DNA of 64,000 bases. It comes from Candidatus Latescibacterota bacterium (lineage in GTDB: Bacteria > Latescibacterota > UBA2968). The translations under genes and the position numbers were made by a program. The notes beneath the pieces were generated by a model. It had not been told where the DNA came from and did not search any database. It saw nothing but the letters and a program-made list of their open reading frames with translations. This document shows positions 1 through 10,230 of the stretch, piece after piece. Location of the stretch: positions 6,336,001 to 6,400,000 of the forward strand of contig OZ240241.1 in NCBI GenBank assembly GCA_965198115.1. The letters run 5' to 3'. Each line of letters begins with the position of its first letter. Position 1 is the stretch's first letter.

Positions 1-2
1 TC

Positions 3-584
3 GAGGGTTCGGCCTACGAGGTTACTTGCGACGGACAGCTTTTTCGCGGGTCGACCGACGAGCAATGCGCAACCCTGGCCATGGAGACGATCCACGGCCT
101 CCTCGGGAGCAGGAACCAGATCGACCTCCTGATCGGAGGCCTCGGATTCGGCGCGTCACTCACGCGTAGTCTTGACGAGAGCGGCCTGCGATCGGTCACC
201 GTCGTGGAGCCCGAGTATCGGATGCTCGATTGGGCTCGTCGCCACTTGAGTCTCTCTACCGTGTTGGACGATCGGCGGGTGGAACTCGTCGAAGGGGCTT
301 TCGAGGTGTTTGTCAGGGCATCGCCCCAAAGCTACCACGGTATTCTGATCGACTTCGACCGGGGGCCGGCCAACGCTATCCTGGACTCGAATCGACGCGC
401 CTACAGCGTAACGATGCTCGATCTGCTGGCGCGGCGTCTCAGGGCGGACGGGATCCTGGCCGTTTGCACGGATGAGGAAGACACGGGATATCGGCGCGCG
501 CTGGCTGAGGTCTTCACGGAGGTCGGGTCGCGCCCTGTTGGAAATCAAACACCCGGTCGAATGATTCATTTCGGCCGTTCGTAA
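3..584 (+). CDS. Spermidine synthase-like SAM-dependent protein (5' end probably outside window)
   Basis: Frame open from base 3; LIGGLGFG glycine loop, VTVVE and ILIDFDRGP motifs. Confidence 0.7.
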   Translation, partial: EGSAYEVTCDGQLFRGSTDEQCATLAMETIHGLLGSRNQIDLLIGGLGFGASLTRSLDESGLRSVTVVEPEYRMLDWARRHLSLSTVLDDRRVELVEGAFEVFVRASPQSYHGILIDFDRGPANAILDSNRRAYSVTMLDLLARRLRADGILAVCTDEEDTGYRRALAEVFTEVGSRPVGNQTPGRMIHFGRS

Positions 585-690
585 ACCCAGTTGCACGTGA
601 CCGTTCGAATCAGTCACTCTCCCCCGGAGGATGGGGCATTCGGCCGTACGAAGCCAGACGGGTGTGGGGGTCGTGGAAAGGAGCTGCAGG

Positions 691-1998
691 ATGGCGAAGG
701 ATTCTCTGACGATCACGGACAATCGGACCGGTCAGACTTACGAGGTGCCGATTTTTCACGGAACGTACCCGAAGTATGCGTCGGCTATCCGGACGGCGGA
801 TTTACGCGAAATCAAAGTCGACGAGGATGATTTCGGTCTGATGGGCTACGATCCGGCCTACCAGAACACGGCCTCGTGCAAGAGCTCCATCACCTTCATC
901 GACGGCGACGAGGGAATTCTTCGGTATCAGGGCTACCCGATCGAGCAACTGGCCGAACAGAGCACGTATCTCGAGGTGGCCTACCTCTTGTTGAATGGAG
1001 AGCTTCCGAATCAGAACGAGCTAAACGAATGGAAAGAGACGATCGCCAGCCACGCGATGATCCACGAGAGCATTCGGAATTTCCTCGACGGATTCCGCTG
1101 GGGATCGCACACGATGGGAATGTTGGTGAGCGTGCTCGGCGCCAAGTCGACATTCTACCCGGACTCCCGAAACCTTTCGAGTCCGGAGCTCATGGAGCTC
1201 CACATCGCACGGCTCGTCAGCAAAGTCGCGACCGTGGGAGCCTTCTGCTACCGCCACAGCAGAGGGCTTCCCTATATCTATCCTGACGCGACGCTCGGCT
1301 TCTGCGAGAATTTCCTGAATATGCTTTTCAACGCACCGAACACGAAGTACGAACCTCATCCCGCCCTCGCACGGGCGGTGGAGGTTCTCTTCATCCTCCA
1401 CGCCGACCACGAGCAGAACTGCAGCGCGAGCACGATGCGGGGGATCGGGAGCGGGTTGGCGGACCCCTATTCCTCGACGGCCGGCGCTGCGGCGGCCCTT
1501 TTTGGGCCCCTCCACGGCGGAGCGAACGAGGCCGTCCTGAAAATGTTGGCGGCAATCGGCGATGTGAAGAACGTGCCCGCCCACATCGAGAAAGTTAAGA
1601 ATCGAGAGGTCCTGCTACAGGGATTCGGCCACCGCGTCTACAAAAACTACGATCCGCGTGCATCGATTATCAAGAAGACGGCCGAGGAAGTGTTCGAAGT
1701 GACAGGTCGCAATCCACTGATCGATATCGCGACGGAGCTGGAGCGGATCGCGCTCGAGGACGACTTTTTCGTGTCCAGAAAGCTCTACCCGAACGTCGAC
1801 TTCTACTCGGGCATCATCTATCAGGCCATGGGACTGCCGGTCGATATGTATCCGGTGCTGTTCGCCATTCCGCGGACGGCCGGCTGGCTCGCCCAGTGGA
1901 AAGAGATGATGAACGACGATGAGCAGAAGATCGCCCGCCCCCGCCAAGTCTACACAGGAGAGGATGATCGGGAGTTCGTGCCGATGTCGAAACGATAG
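691..1998 (+). CDS. gltA: Citrate synthase
   Basis: ITFIDGDEGILRYQGYPIE, LHADHEQN, GPLHGGANE, GFGHRVYKNYDPRA, YPNVDFYSG motifs; AAGGAG RBS before ATG 691. Confidence 0.96.
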   Translation: MAKDSLTITDNRTGQTYEVPIFHGTYPKYASAIRTADLREIKVDEDDFGLMGYDPAYQNTASCKSSITFIDGDEGILRYQGYPIEQLAEQSTYLEVAYLLLNGELPNQNELNEWKETIASHAMIHESIRNFLDGFRWGSHTMGMLVSVLGAKSTFYPDSRNLSSPELMELHIARLVSKVATVGAFCYRHSRGLPYIYPDATLGFCENFLNMLFNAPNTKYEPHPALARAVEVLFILHADHEQNCSASTMRGIGSGLADPYSSTAGAAAALFGPLHGGANEAVLKMLAAIGDVKNVPAHIEKVKNREVLLQGFGHRVYKNYDPRASIIKKTAEEVFEVTGRNPLIDIATELERIALEDDFFVSRKLYPNVDFYSGIIYQAMGLPVDMYPVLFAIPRTAGWLAQWKEMMNDDEQKIARPRQVYTGEDDREFVPMSKR

Positions 1999-2098
1999 AC
2001 GGAAACACAGCCACTGAGAACACGGAGGGGCCTCGGACCTTAACGACCAGGCCCTATCGGGAACAGGAGCGTAGGAGAACTCTGGCTACGTTGTGGAA

Positions 2099-2138
2099 GG
2101 GCGCGTTCTTGAGGTTACGAGAGCGCGCCGTTCTCTTT
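2099..2138 (+). terminator. Probable intrinsic terminator after citrate synthase
   Basis: Stem GGCGCGTTCT...AGAGCGCGCC followed by GTTCTCTTT. Confidence 0.5.
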
Positions 2139-2143
2139 GGTTG

Positions 2144-2173
2144 TTGACACCAACACGCTTTAAGGTGTATAGT
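2144..2173 (+). promoter_or_regulatory. Sigma70-type promoter of marR
   Basis: TTGACA(2144)-18 bp-TATAGT(2168); ATG 8 nt downstream. Confidence 0.6.
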
Positions 2174-2181
2174 CACTTATT

Positions 2182-2631
2182 ATGAGGGCGAGCAAGCGCC
2201 ATCGATTTCTGAATTGCACGTGTTACCATCTCAGGATGGCTACGAGAACGGTCACCCAGTACTACGACAATCGGCTGCGTCCGTCGGGTCTCCGGGGCAC
2301 ACAGTTTACCGTCCTAGCTGCGGTGGGGGAAGTTGGCCCAGTCCCCATCACGAACTTGGCCCGCGAGCTGATGATGGATCGGACCACGTTGACTCGAGAC
2401 ATCAAGCCCCTGCAGAAACGGGGTCTTATCGATGTGACAGAAGGTTCGGACCGCCGTGTGCGACTCCTCGCATTGAGCGAGGACGGACAGAGAGCGCTCG
2501 ATGCTGCAGTTCCCCTTTGGGAAGCTGCCCAGGAAGAAATCTACCAATCACTGGGTAAAAAGACCTGGAAGCGACTCATGGGTGATCTGGATCAAACGGC
2601 TTTGAAGGCTGCATCGAGTAAATCAGTTTAA
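2182..2631 (+). CDS. MarR-family transcriptional regulator
   Basis: CTCYHLRMATR start, wHTH LARELMMDRTTLTR, DRRVR wing motif. Confidence 0.9.
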   Translation: MRASKRHRFLNCTCYHLRMATRTVTQYYDNRLRPSGLRGTQFTVLAAVGEVGPVPITNLARELMMDRTTLTRDIKPLQKRGLIDVTEGSDRRVRLLALSEDGQRALDAAVPLWEAAQEEIYQSLGKKTWKRLMGDLDQTALKAASSKSV

Positions 2632-2791
2632 CGCAGTGCAGGATCGGCAGTCGCAATACGGGGATGGTCCGGGATTAGAGTGTAGATACACTAAGATGCG
2701 GTTGGCAGATGCCTTGGGCGTCGTGGGGTTGAGAAGGGGGTCCGGATGGTGTCTATTCAAGCCGAATGCCGACCCCACAATAGGATTTACC

Positions 2792-3148
2792 GTGAGGAAG
2801 TCTATTTCAATTCTGTCCGTTACTTTCGCTGTCCTGGCGATGACGGCTTTTAGCGTTCAGTGCTTCTGCCCGGCCGTGTCTGTCAAGGTGGTCGACGCGA
2901 CGTGCCATGCCGAGCAGTCTTCGTCCTGTTGTTGCAGCACGGATGTCGAGCAGAGCACAGCGACGAGTAGCTTGCCGTTTGTCGGATCCACTCAGGAGGT
3001 GCCGAACGGACCCTCCCTTTTGCTTATGCCAGAGCGTGTTGGCGCGCTCGCGCTACACATCCAAACGGTTCTTCCCAGAAGCATTGCGGTCTCCGCCGGT
3101 CGAAACGCTTCCCTGCTTTACCTCTCGCATCAAGCCTTCCTGATCTGA
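2792..3148 (+). CDS. Small Cys-rich signal-peptide protein upstream of cus operon
   Basis: Hydrophobic N-terminus, CFC, CH and CCC clusters, C-terminal LYLSHQAFLI; GTG start inferred. Confidence 0.55.
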   Translation: MRKSISILSVTFAVLAMTAFSVQCFCPAVSVKVVDATCHAEQSSSCCCSTDVEQSTATSSLPFVGSTQEVPNGPSLLLMPERVGALALHIQTVLPRSIAVSAGRNASLLYLSHQAFLI

Positions 3149-3300
3149 TCGTCCTTCCGGGTACTTCTATGCCCAACCGGAGAAGTCTGTACGCGATCCG
3201 GCGCTCTGAGGGTGACGCGTCGCGTCATTCCACATTCGTTCGATCCATTCCATCGATTTCCTGTAAACGGATCCGTCTACGTGACGGAGAGGAGTTCGTC

Positions 3301-4608
3301 GTGCGCATTCGATTTTGGACGCTCGCGCTGTTGGTATTGCCGGTGGTGTCGACGGTTCAGGGCGATACCCTGGACCTCGATGTTCTGATCGAGGAGGCGC
3401 TTCGCGAGAACCTGTCTCTCCGCGCCTTCGAACATCGCGTCGCGGCCTTCGCGGCACGCGTGCCTCGCGCCGGAGCATTGGAAGATCCAGTCGTCAGTCT
3501 CGAAGCCAGGAATCTACCTGTATCCCGGTTCGACTTCGACAGCACGCCGATGTCTGGCAAGATGATTTCGGTGAATCAGACTGTCCCCCTGCCCGGTCTG
3601 CTTCGCGCAAGGACGACGGTTGCGCGCAATGAGGCCGATGAGGTGGGGGCCGGCCTGGAAGACCGAAGGCGGATGATCGTCAAGCAGGTCAAGCAGACTT
3701 ACTTCGAGCTGGATTTCCTGGATCGTGCGATCGATCTGACACGAGAAAACCAGAGACTCCTGGACGATGTAGGCGCGATCGCCGAACGGCAGTACGCGGT
3801 CGGCAAGGGCATCCAGGCGGACCCTCTGAGGATTCGTGTCGCACGTGGGATGGTCGCCGACCGACTGCTCGAGCTAGAAGCCTCGCGAAGAACCGCAGCT
3901 TCGCGTCTGAGTCTGATTCTCAACAGGGAACCGGACTCGTCTATCGGCCCTATCCCGCCGTGGACGCCCCGGAAGCAGACCTGGCCTTTTGGTGAACTCG
4001 TGAGCATTGCTCTGGAACACCGCGGACGATTGATCGCACTCGGTCACGCAAAGGCTCGCTGGGAGGCTGAAACAGACGCGGCTCGTCGCGAATCCTGGCC
4101 GGGGGTTCGACTTGGTGTGGGTTACGTTCAGCGAACGGCAGCGCTCGGGGATCCGGCTCAGGGAGCCGACTTCCTCACCTTTCGAGCCGCGTTCACGATT
4201 CCTCTTTACAAAGGACGAAAACAAAAACAGAAGGAAATCGAAGCCCAACAGCGCTTACTGGAGAAAACGTCAGAATGGGACTGGGAATTGAAGCAGCTTC
4301 GTCAGGAAATTCAGGATAAGATCGTCAGGATGGAACAGCACCACGGCCAGCACGTGCTTTTCGAGGAGACCGTTCTGCCCCAGTCTGAAATGGCGATGTC
4401 TTCCGTGCTGTCCGCGTACCGCGTCGGGCGCGCCGATCTGAGCGCGGTGCTGGAAGCGCAATCGGCGCTGTTGAAATCGGAATTGATGAACCACCACCAT
4501 CGGGTCACGCACGCCAGAGTTATGGCGGAACTAGAGTTCACGGTCGGCGCCGACCTGACCCGATTCGAAGCCGGCGCGGATGGTTCTACGAGAGGAGAGG
4601 GAGAATGA
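3301..4608 (+). CDS. TolC/CusC-family outer-membrane efflux protein
   Basis: Signal peptide, AGALEDP and QTVPLPG motifs, OEP-like repeats; GAGGAG RBS before GTG 3301; overlaps next gene. Confidence 0.88.
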   Translation: MRIRFWTLALLVLPVVSTVQGDTLDLDVLIEEALRENLSLRAFEHRVAAFAARVPRAGALEDPVVSLEARNLPVSRFDFDSTPMSGKMISVNQTVPLPGLLRARTTVARNEADEVGAGLEDRRRMIVKQVKQTYFELDFLDRAIDLTRENQRLLDDVGAIAERQYAVGKGIQADPLRIRVARGMVADRLLELEASRRTAASRLSLILNREPDSSIGPIPPWTPRKQTWPFGELVSIALEHRGRLIALGHAKARWEAETDAARRESWPGVRLGVGYVQRTAALGDPAQGADFLTFRAAFTIPLYKGRKQKQKEIEAQQRLLEKTSEWDWELKQLRQEIQDKIVRMEQHHGQHVLFEETVLPQSEMAMSSVLSAYRVGRADLSAVLEAQSALLKSELMNHHHRVTHARVMAELEFTVGADLTRFEAGADGSTRGEGE

Positions 4609-5942
4609 CTCGCACTGGATGGCTCGCGGCGATTGCCGCGTTGGTGCTCGCCGGAGTTGGAGGCTGGGTCCTGCGTGGGTCCGCACCCACGCCCGTGGTG
4701 ATGGTTGATGAGCACGATCACGCCGAGGACGTCGACTATTACACCTGTCCGATGCACCCTTCAGTCAAGGCGCAGGAGCCCGGTGCGTGCCCGATCTGTG
4801 GCATGGACCTGACGCCAGTTCCGAAGCTGAGAACAGAAGCAGGACAAGGTGAAGATGGAATAGCATCCGTGCCCGGTATGTCTGCCCCGGGGTCACGACC
4901 GAGGGTGGACTTCATCAAGGTAACGCCGTATCAGCAGCAGTTGATCGGGGTGACCGTTGGTGAAGTGACAGAGCAGTCCGCAAAGACGGAGGTCAGAACG
5001 ATCGGGCGCGTTGTCTACGACGAGACCCGTTTGACGGACGTTAATCTTAAGGTATCGGGGTGGATCCAGGATCTTTATGTGGATCATGTTGGCAAGTCCG
5101 TCCGGAAGGGTGAGCCCCTGTTCACCCTTTACAGTCCCGAGCTCGTTGCCAGCCAGGAAGAATATCTCCTGGCTTACGAGGGGCTGCGCAGAGTTCAGGC
5201 GCCGGCTCTGCAGGACTCGGAATCGCCCGAAGGTGAGTCCGCGGTCTGGAGCGAACGGCTTCTTCAGTCTGCACGGGAACGCCTCGAGTTGTGGGATCTG
5301 ACGGACAGGCAGATTCGGGAACTGGAGTCCACCGGGAAGCGCAGCAGGGCCGTGACGGTCTACGCGCCCTCGGATGGGATCGTGACGGAGCGGATGGCGG
5401 TCTCCGGTATGTTCGTGAAACCGGACATGCGGCTCTACAGGATTGCGCGATTAGACTCGGTGTGGATCAGGGTAGACGTCTACGAGCAGGAGCTGCCATT
5501 CGTTCACGCGGGACAGCCCGCGACGATCTCTCTCTCTTATCTGCCCGAAGCGTCCTTGGAAGGCACGGTGGATTACGTCTACCCGTATCTGGACCCCAAG
5601 ACGCTGACTGCCACGGTACGCGTTCGTGTATCGAACCCGGACGGAGCGCTCAAGCCCGGCATGTTCGCGAACGTACTTCTGCATCGGTCCGAGGACACCC
5701 GGCTGCTCGTCCCGGAAGCCGCCGTCCTCTTTTCCGGACGCCGCCGGATCGTGTTTCTGGCGCTTGGCGACGGGCGGTTTCAGCCACGTGAAGTTTCTCT
5801 CGGCCGGCAATTTCGGTCAGGCTACGAAGTGATCGCCGGGCTTCGATCGGGTGATCGTGTGGTGACATCGGCCAACTTCCTGCTCGATTCGGAGAGCAAG
5901 TTGAAGAATGTGACGGCAGCCGTGCTGCCGACCGAATCGTAA
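4605..5942 (+). CDS. cusB: CusB-type RND periplasmic adaptor with heavy-metal-binding domain
   Basis: YTCPMHP...CPICGMDL, LYSPELVASQEEYL, LKPGMFA, ANFLLDSES. Confidence 0.9.
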   Translation: MTRTGWLAAIAALVLAGVGGWVLRGSAPTPVVMVDEHDHAEDVDYYTCPMHPSVKAQEPGACPICGMDLTPVPKLRTEAGQGEDGIASVPGMSAPGSRPRVDFIKVTPYQQQLIGVTVGEVTEQSAKTEVRTIGRVVYDETRLTDVNLKVSGWIQDLYVDHVGKSVRKGEPLFTLYSPELVASQEEYLLAYEGLRRVQAPALQDSESPEGESAVWSERLLQSARERLELWDLTDRQIRELESTGKRSRAVTVYAPSDGIVTERMAVSGMFVKPDMRLYRIARLDSVWIRVDVYEQELPFVHAGQPATISLSYLPEASLEGTVDYVYPYLDPKTLTATVRVRVSNPDGALKPGMFANVLLHRSEDTRLLVPEAAVLFSGRRRIVFLALGDGRFQPREVSLGRQFRSGYEVIAGLRSGDRVVTSANFLLDSESKLKNVTAAVLPTES

Positions 5943-5951
5943 GAGAACGCC

Positions 5952-8900
5952 ATGATCGAGAAAATCATCGAATACAGCGCTCGGAACCGGATGATGATCA
6001 TCATCCTGGTACTTTTCGGCGCCACGTGGGGTGGATGGGCGCTGCGGAACGTTCCGCTCGATGCCATTCCGGATCTGTCGGACGTGCAGGTCATCGTGTT
6101 CACAGAATGGCCGGGTCGGAGTCCAGATCTGATCGAGGACCAGATCACCTATCCCGTGATTACGACGATTCTGGCCGCGCCGAAGGTGAAGTTCGTACGG
6201 GGGCAGTCGTTTTTCGGACTGTCGTTCGTCTACGTGATCTTCGAGGATGGCACGGACATGTACTGGGCGCGAAGCCGCGTTCTGGAGTTTCTGAACGAAG
6301 TGACCGGACAGTTGCCCGAAGGCGTGACGCCGTCGCTCGGCCCGGATGCGACGGGCGTAGGCTGGGTGTATCAGTACGCGTTGGTCGACACGACCGGACA
6401 GAACAGCCTGGCAGACCTTCGGAGCTTCCAGGACTGGTCCCTGAAATACTGGCTCGAGAGTGTCCCCGGCGTAGCGGAGGTCGCATCGGTCGGCGGATAT
6501 GTGAAGCAGTATCAGGTCAATCTGGTTCCGAACAAGCTCCTGGCGTACAACCTGCCGATCAGCGCGATTATCCACGCGATTCGCCAGAGCAACAATGACG
6601 TGGGTGGCCGTGTGATCGAGATTGCTGGGACCGAGCACATGATCCGGGGTCGGGGATACATCGAGTCGGTCGGAGACCTCGAGCAGATTCCCCTCGGTTC
6701 GAACGCCGACGGTACGCCCATTTACCTGCGGGATGTGGCTCAAGTTCAGATTGGTCCGGACATGCGTCGCGGTCTGGCGGAGCTCGACGGCAAGGGCGAG
6801 ACTGTGGGCGGCGTGATCGTGATGCGCTACGGAGAGAACGCTCTCAGTGTGATCGACCGGGTGAAGGAGCGTCTGAAGGAGGTCGAACCTTCACTGCCAG
6901 AAGGCGTTCGGGTCGTGACGACGTATGACCGCTCGGACCTGATTCTGCGGGCGATCGACGTGCTCAAGCGCGGACTGACCGAGGAGATGCTTGTCGTCGC
7001 GATCGTGATCGTGATCTTTCTGTTGCACATTCGAAGCGCTCTGATTCCCATCATTACGCTGCCCATCGCGGTCCTCATGTCTTTCGTCCCCATGTACTAC
7101 ATGGGGTTGACTTCGAACATCATGTCGTTGGGAGGTATCGCGATCGCGATCGGCGCGATGGTGGACGCCGCTGTGGTGTTGGTGGAGAACGCACATAAAC
7201 ATCTGGACCGATGGTCCATCGATCAGTCCCGCTCTACGGTCGGGCCTACTCGGGATGAAAGAATCGAAATCATCATTCGTTCCGCGAAGGAAGTGGGCAA
7301 ACCGATCTTCTACTCCCTGTTGATCATCGCGGTTTCGTTCGTGCCGGTGTTCACGCTCGAGGCGCAGGAGGGACGGCTGTTCAAGCCGCTCGCCTTCACG
7401 AAGAACTTCGCGATGTTCTTCGCGGCGATCCTGGCGATCACGTTGGCGCCGGCGCTGATGGGACTCTTGATCCGGGGCCGCATTCACTCCGAAGAGAAAC
7501 ATCCGATCAGTCGGGCGCTGATCTGGCTCTATGGACCGGTGATCACCCTGGTCCTTCGATTCAAGAAGAGCGTCATCGGGATCGCGATGGTGGCTCTTGC
7601 GCTGACGGCCCTCCCTTTCGGGCAACTCGCGTCGGAGTTCATGCCGCCCCTGGATGAAGGGAGTATTCTCTACATGCCGACGTCGCTGCCCGGTATGTCT
7701 ATCACGGAAGCGAAGAAAGTGCTGCACGCTCAGGACAAACTTCTGGTTCAGTTTCCGGAAGTGGAGCGTGTGTTCGGAAAGGTCGGACGCGCTCGAACCG
7801 CCACGGACCCCGCTCCGCTTTCGATGGTGGAAACGACGATTACACTCAGACCCCGTTCGGAATGGCGGGACGGGATGACCTGGGACAAGCTGGTCAAGGA
7901 GATGGACTCAGTGCTGAAATTTCCCGGTATGCCCAACATCTGGTGGATGCCGATCCAGACCCGCACCGAGATGCTGGCGACGGGGATCCGAAGCCCGATC
8001 GGCATCAAAGTCTTCGGGCCAGACCTGGAGACAATCGAAAAGGTGGCCCTGGACATCGAGAGAGCCGTCCGGGATGTCCCCGGAACACGAAGCGCGTTCG
8101 CGGAACGCGTGACCGGTGGGAATTTTGTGGATTTCGTCGTGCGGCGGGGGGAGGCAGCAAGGTATGGTCTTCAGGTCGAACAGGTCGAGCAGATCATACA
8201 GACGGCCATTGGAGGCCTGAACATCGATCAGACGGTCGAGGGTCGGGAACGTTACCCGATCAGCGTTCGCTACGCCAGGGAGTTGCGTGACAACTTGGAT
8301 GACCTCAGGCGCGTCCTGGTACCTACACCCACTGGGACACACGTACCGATCGCCCAGCTCGTGGACATCCAGACGGTGACCGGGCCGCCGATGATCCGTG
8401 ATGAGTCGGCACAGCTGGTGGGATTCGTGTTCGTGGATATCGTGGATCGTCCCCTGGGCGAGTATGTGGCCGAGGCGCAGCAGGTGGTTTTGGACAGGGT
8501 CGACATCCCGGCGGGGTATCGCATCGCGTGGGGCGGTCAGTTTCAGTATATGGAACGGGCCAGAGAGAAGCTCATGCTCGTGGTGCCTCTGACGCTTTTC
8601 ATCGTGTTCTTCCTGCTCTACATGAACTTTAATTCGATCGCGGAAACGTTGATCGTCATGCTGTCGGTGCCTTTCGCGCTCGTAGGTGGTGTGTGGTTGC
8701 TCTATTTGCTCGACTACAATCTTTCCGTGGCAGTGTGGGTTGGGATTATTGCACTGGTCGGCGTGGCCGCCGAAACGGGCGTGGTCATGCTGGTCTACCT
8801 GGATGAAGCGTGGGAACGGAGGGTCAGCGAAGGAAAGACGTCTTTCGCCGATCTTCGCGAGGCGGTGGTAGAAGGGGCGGTCCAGCGCGTCCGGCCCAAG

Positions 8901-9549
8901 ATCATGACCGTGGGGACGACGATCATCGGTCTACTCCCGATCATGCTCGGGACGGGAACGGGTTCGGATGTGATGAAACGCATCGCCGCGCCGATGGTGG
9001 GTGGACTGGTCTCGTCAACTATTCTGACGTTGGCCATCATCCCAGCGATCTATGTCATCTGGAAGGGACGGGGGCTGGCGAAGGAAGAAGAGGCTGGAAC
9101 GCCGCTGCCGTCGTGGGCGCGGTTCGTATTGATCACTACCGGGCTCGTCGTGGCTCTCTCGGGGGTACACTTCCTGTCGGGATTATCCGATACCTCCCCG
9201 GGCGGACCGCAGGCGGTGATCACGACGGTTCAGAGCGGTAGTGTCGAAATTTCCGTTTCCGGAGCCGACGGGAGGATGGTGTCGGGAAAGAACCGGCTGA
9301 GTCTTTCCTTCACGGACGCGGCGACGGGGGTCTCCGCCGACGTTCAGGGCGTTGCTTTGGAACTGTTCATGCCCGCCATGGGGGGGGCGATGGCGCCTAT
9401 GCAGAGCGAGGCCGACATCACGTCCCTGGACGCACCGGCCGATTCTTGGCCGACATCGAAGTTCAGATGCTGGTGAGTGGCAAGTCACAGTCAGGTTTTC
9501 GGGGCCCGGAATCGACGGAAAACGAACGTTTGCCGTTACTGCGCAGTGA
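5952..9549 (+). CDS. cusA: CusA/SilA heavy-metal RND permease with C-terminal YtkA/FixH-like extension (apparent frameshifts near 9435-9470; ORF track stop 9476)
   Basis: DAIPDLSDVQV, LGPDATGVGWVY, GAMVDAA, EFMPPLDEG, TDPAPLSMVET, KRIAAPMVGG. Confidence 0.93.
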
Positions 9550-9592
9550 TTTGAAAACCCAGGATTGAGAGGATCAGGACATCCACGGCGAT

Positions 9593-9655
9593 TTGACATT
9601 GGAGATCGAAGACAGTATTATAACCGCTCACTTGAACAAGTGTTCAAGTGAGCGG
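9593..9655 (+). promoter_or_regulatory. Sigma70 promoter with ArsR/SmtB-type operator
   Basis: TTGACA(9593)-17 bp-TATTAT(9616), then perfect 15-2-15 inverted repeat CCGCTCACTTGAACA-AG-TGTTCAAGTGAGCGG (9624-9655). Confidence 0.75.
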
Positions 9656-9742
9656 GAGAACTGGCGAGCCCATTGGTTGTAGGCGCTCGCGGCAGGATTG
9701 GGCAGTCATTGTTCCAGCCTGCTCGAGTCATCATTTGCTACT

Positions 9743-10147
9743 ATGAGAAGAGTGAACAGTAAGGGCATAGGTCTTCTGCTGACCGCGACGATGTTGATCG
9801 CTACCCATCTCTCGATGGGTGGACGTGTCATCTGTGTGGGACCCGACGGCCACGTCGCGATCGAGGCTTCCGATTGGCGTGGGACCTGTGCGGACTCCAA
9901 TCCTAAGGATTTGCTTTCGTGTTCTTTGATCCCTTCTACGCACTGCGGTACGTGCCTCGATTTTGAAATTACAATCGATCGGGCTCCGAAGGTCGGGGGT
10001 AAGACCATCGAGCTACCAGTTCTATCCCGCGCCGATCTTATTGTGCCCTTGGCGTCCATCATCCCATTCAAACGTCTATCGCACCTACCTCCCACCAGCC
10101 ATATCCCTCCAGGTCATCTGGCTCAGAACGCCGTTCTGATCATCTGA
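9743..10147 (+). CDS. Small Cys-rich signal-peptide protein upstream of czc operon
   Basis: Hydrophobic N-terminus, VICVGPDGHVAIE, HCGTCLD, C-terminal PP...NAVLII. Confidence 0.6.
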   Translation: MRRVNSKGIGLLLTATMLIATHLSMGGRVICVGPDGHVAIEASDWRGTCADSNPKDLLSCSLIPSTHCGTCLDFEITIDRAPKVGGKTIELPVLSRADLIVPLASIIPFKRLSHLPPTSHIPPGHLAQNAVLII

Positions 10148-10230
10148 CACTTCCTGATCCTCACGGGTTGTCGTAGTTCGCAGCAGCGCCCTCCGCGCTC
10201 TGCCAGATTCCGTGTATCAGGAGGCGTTTT

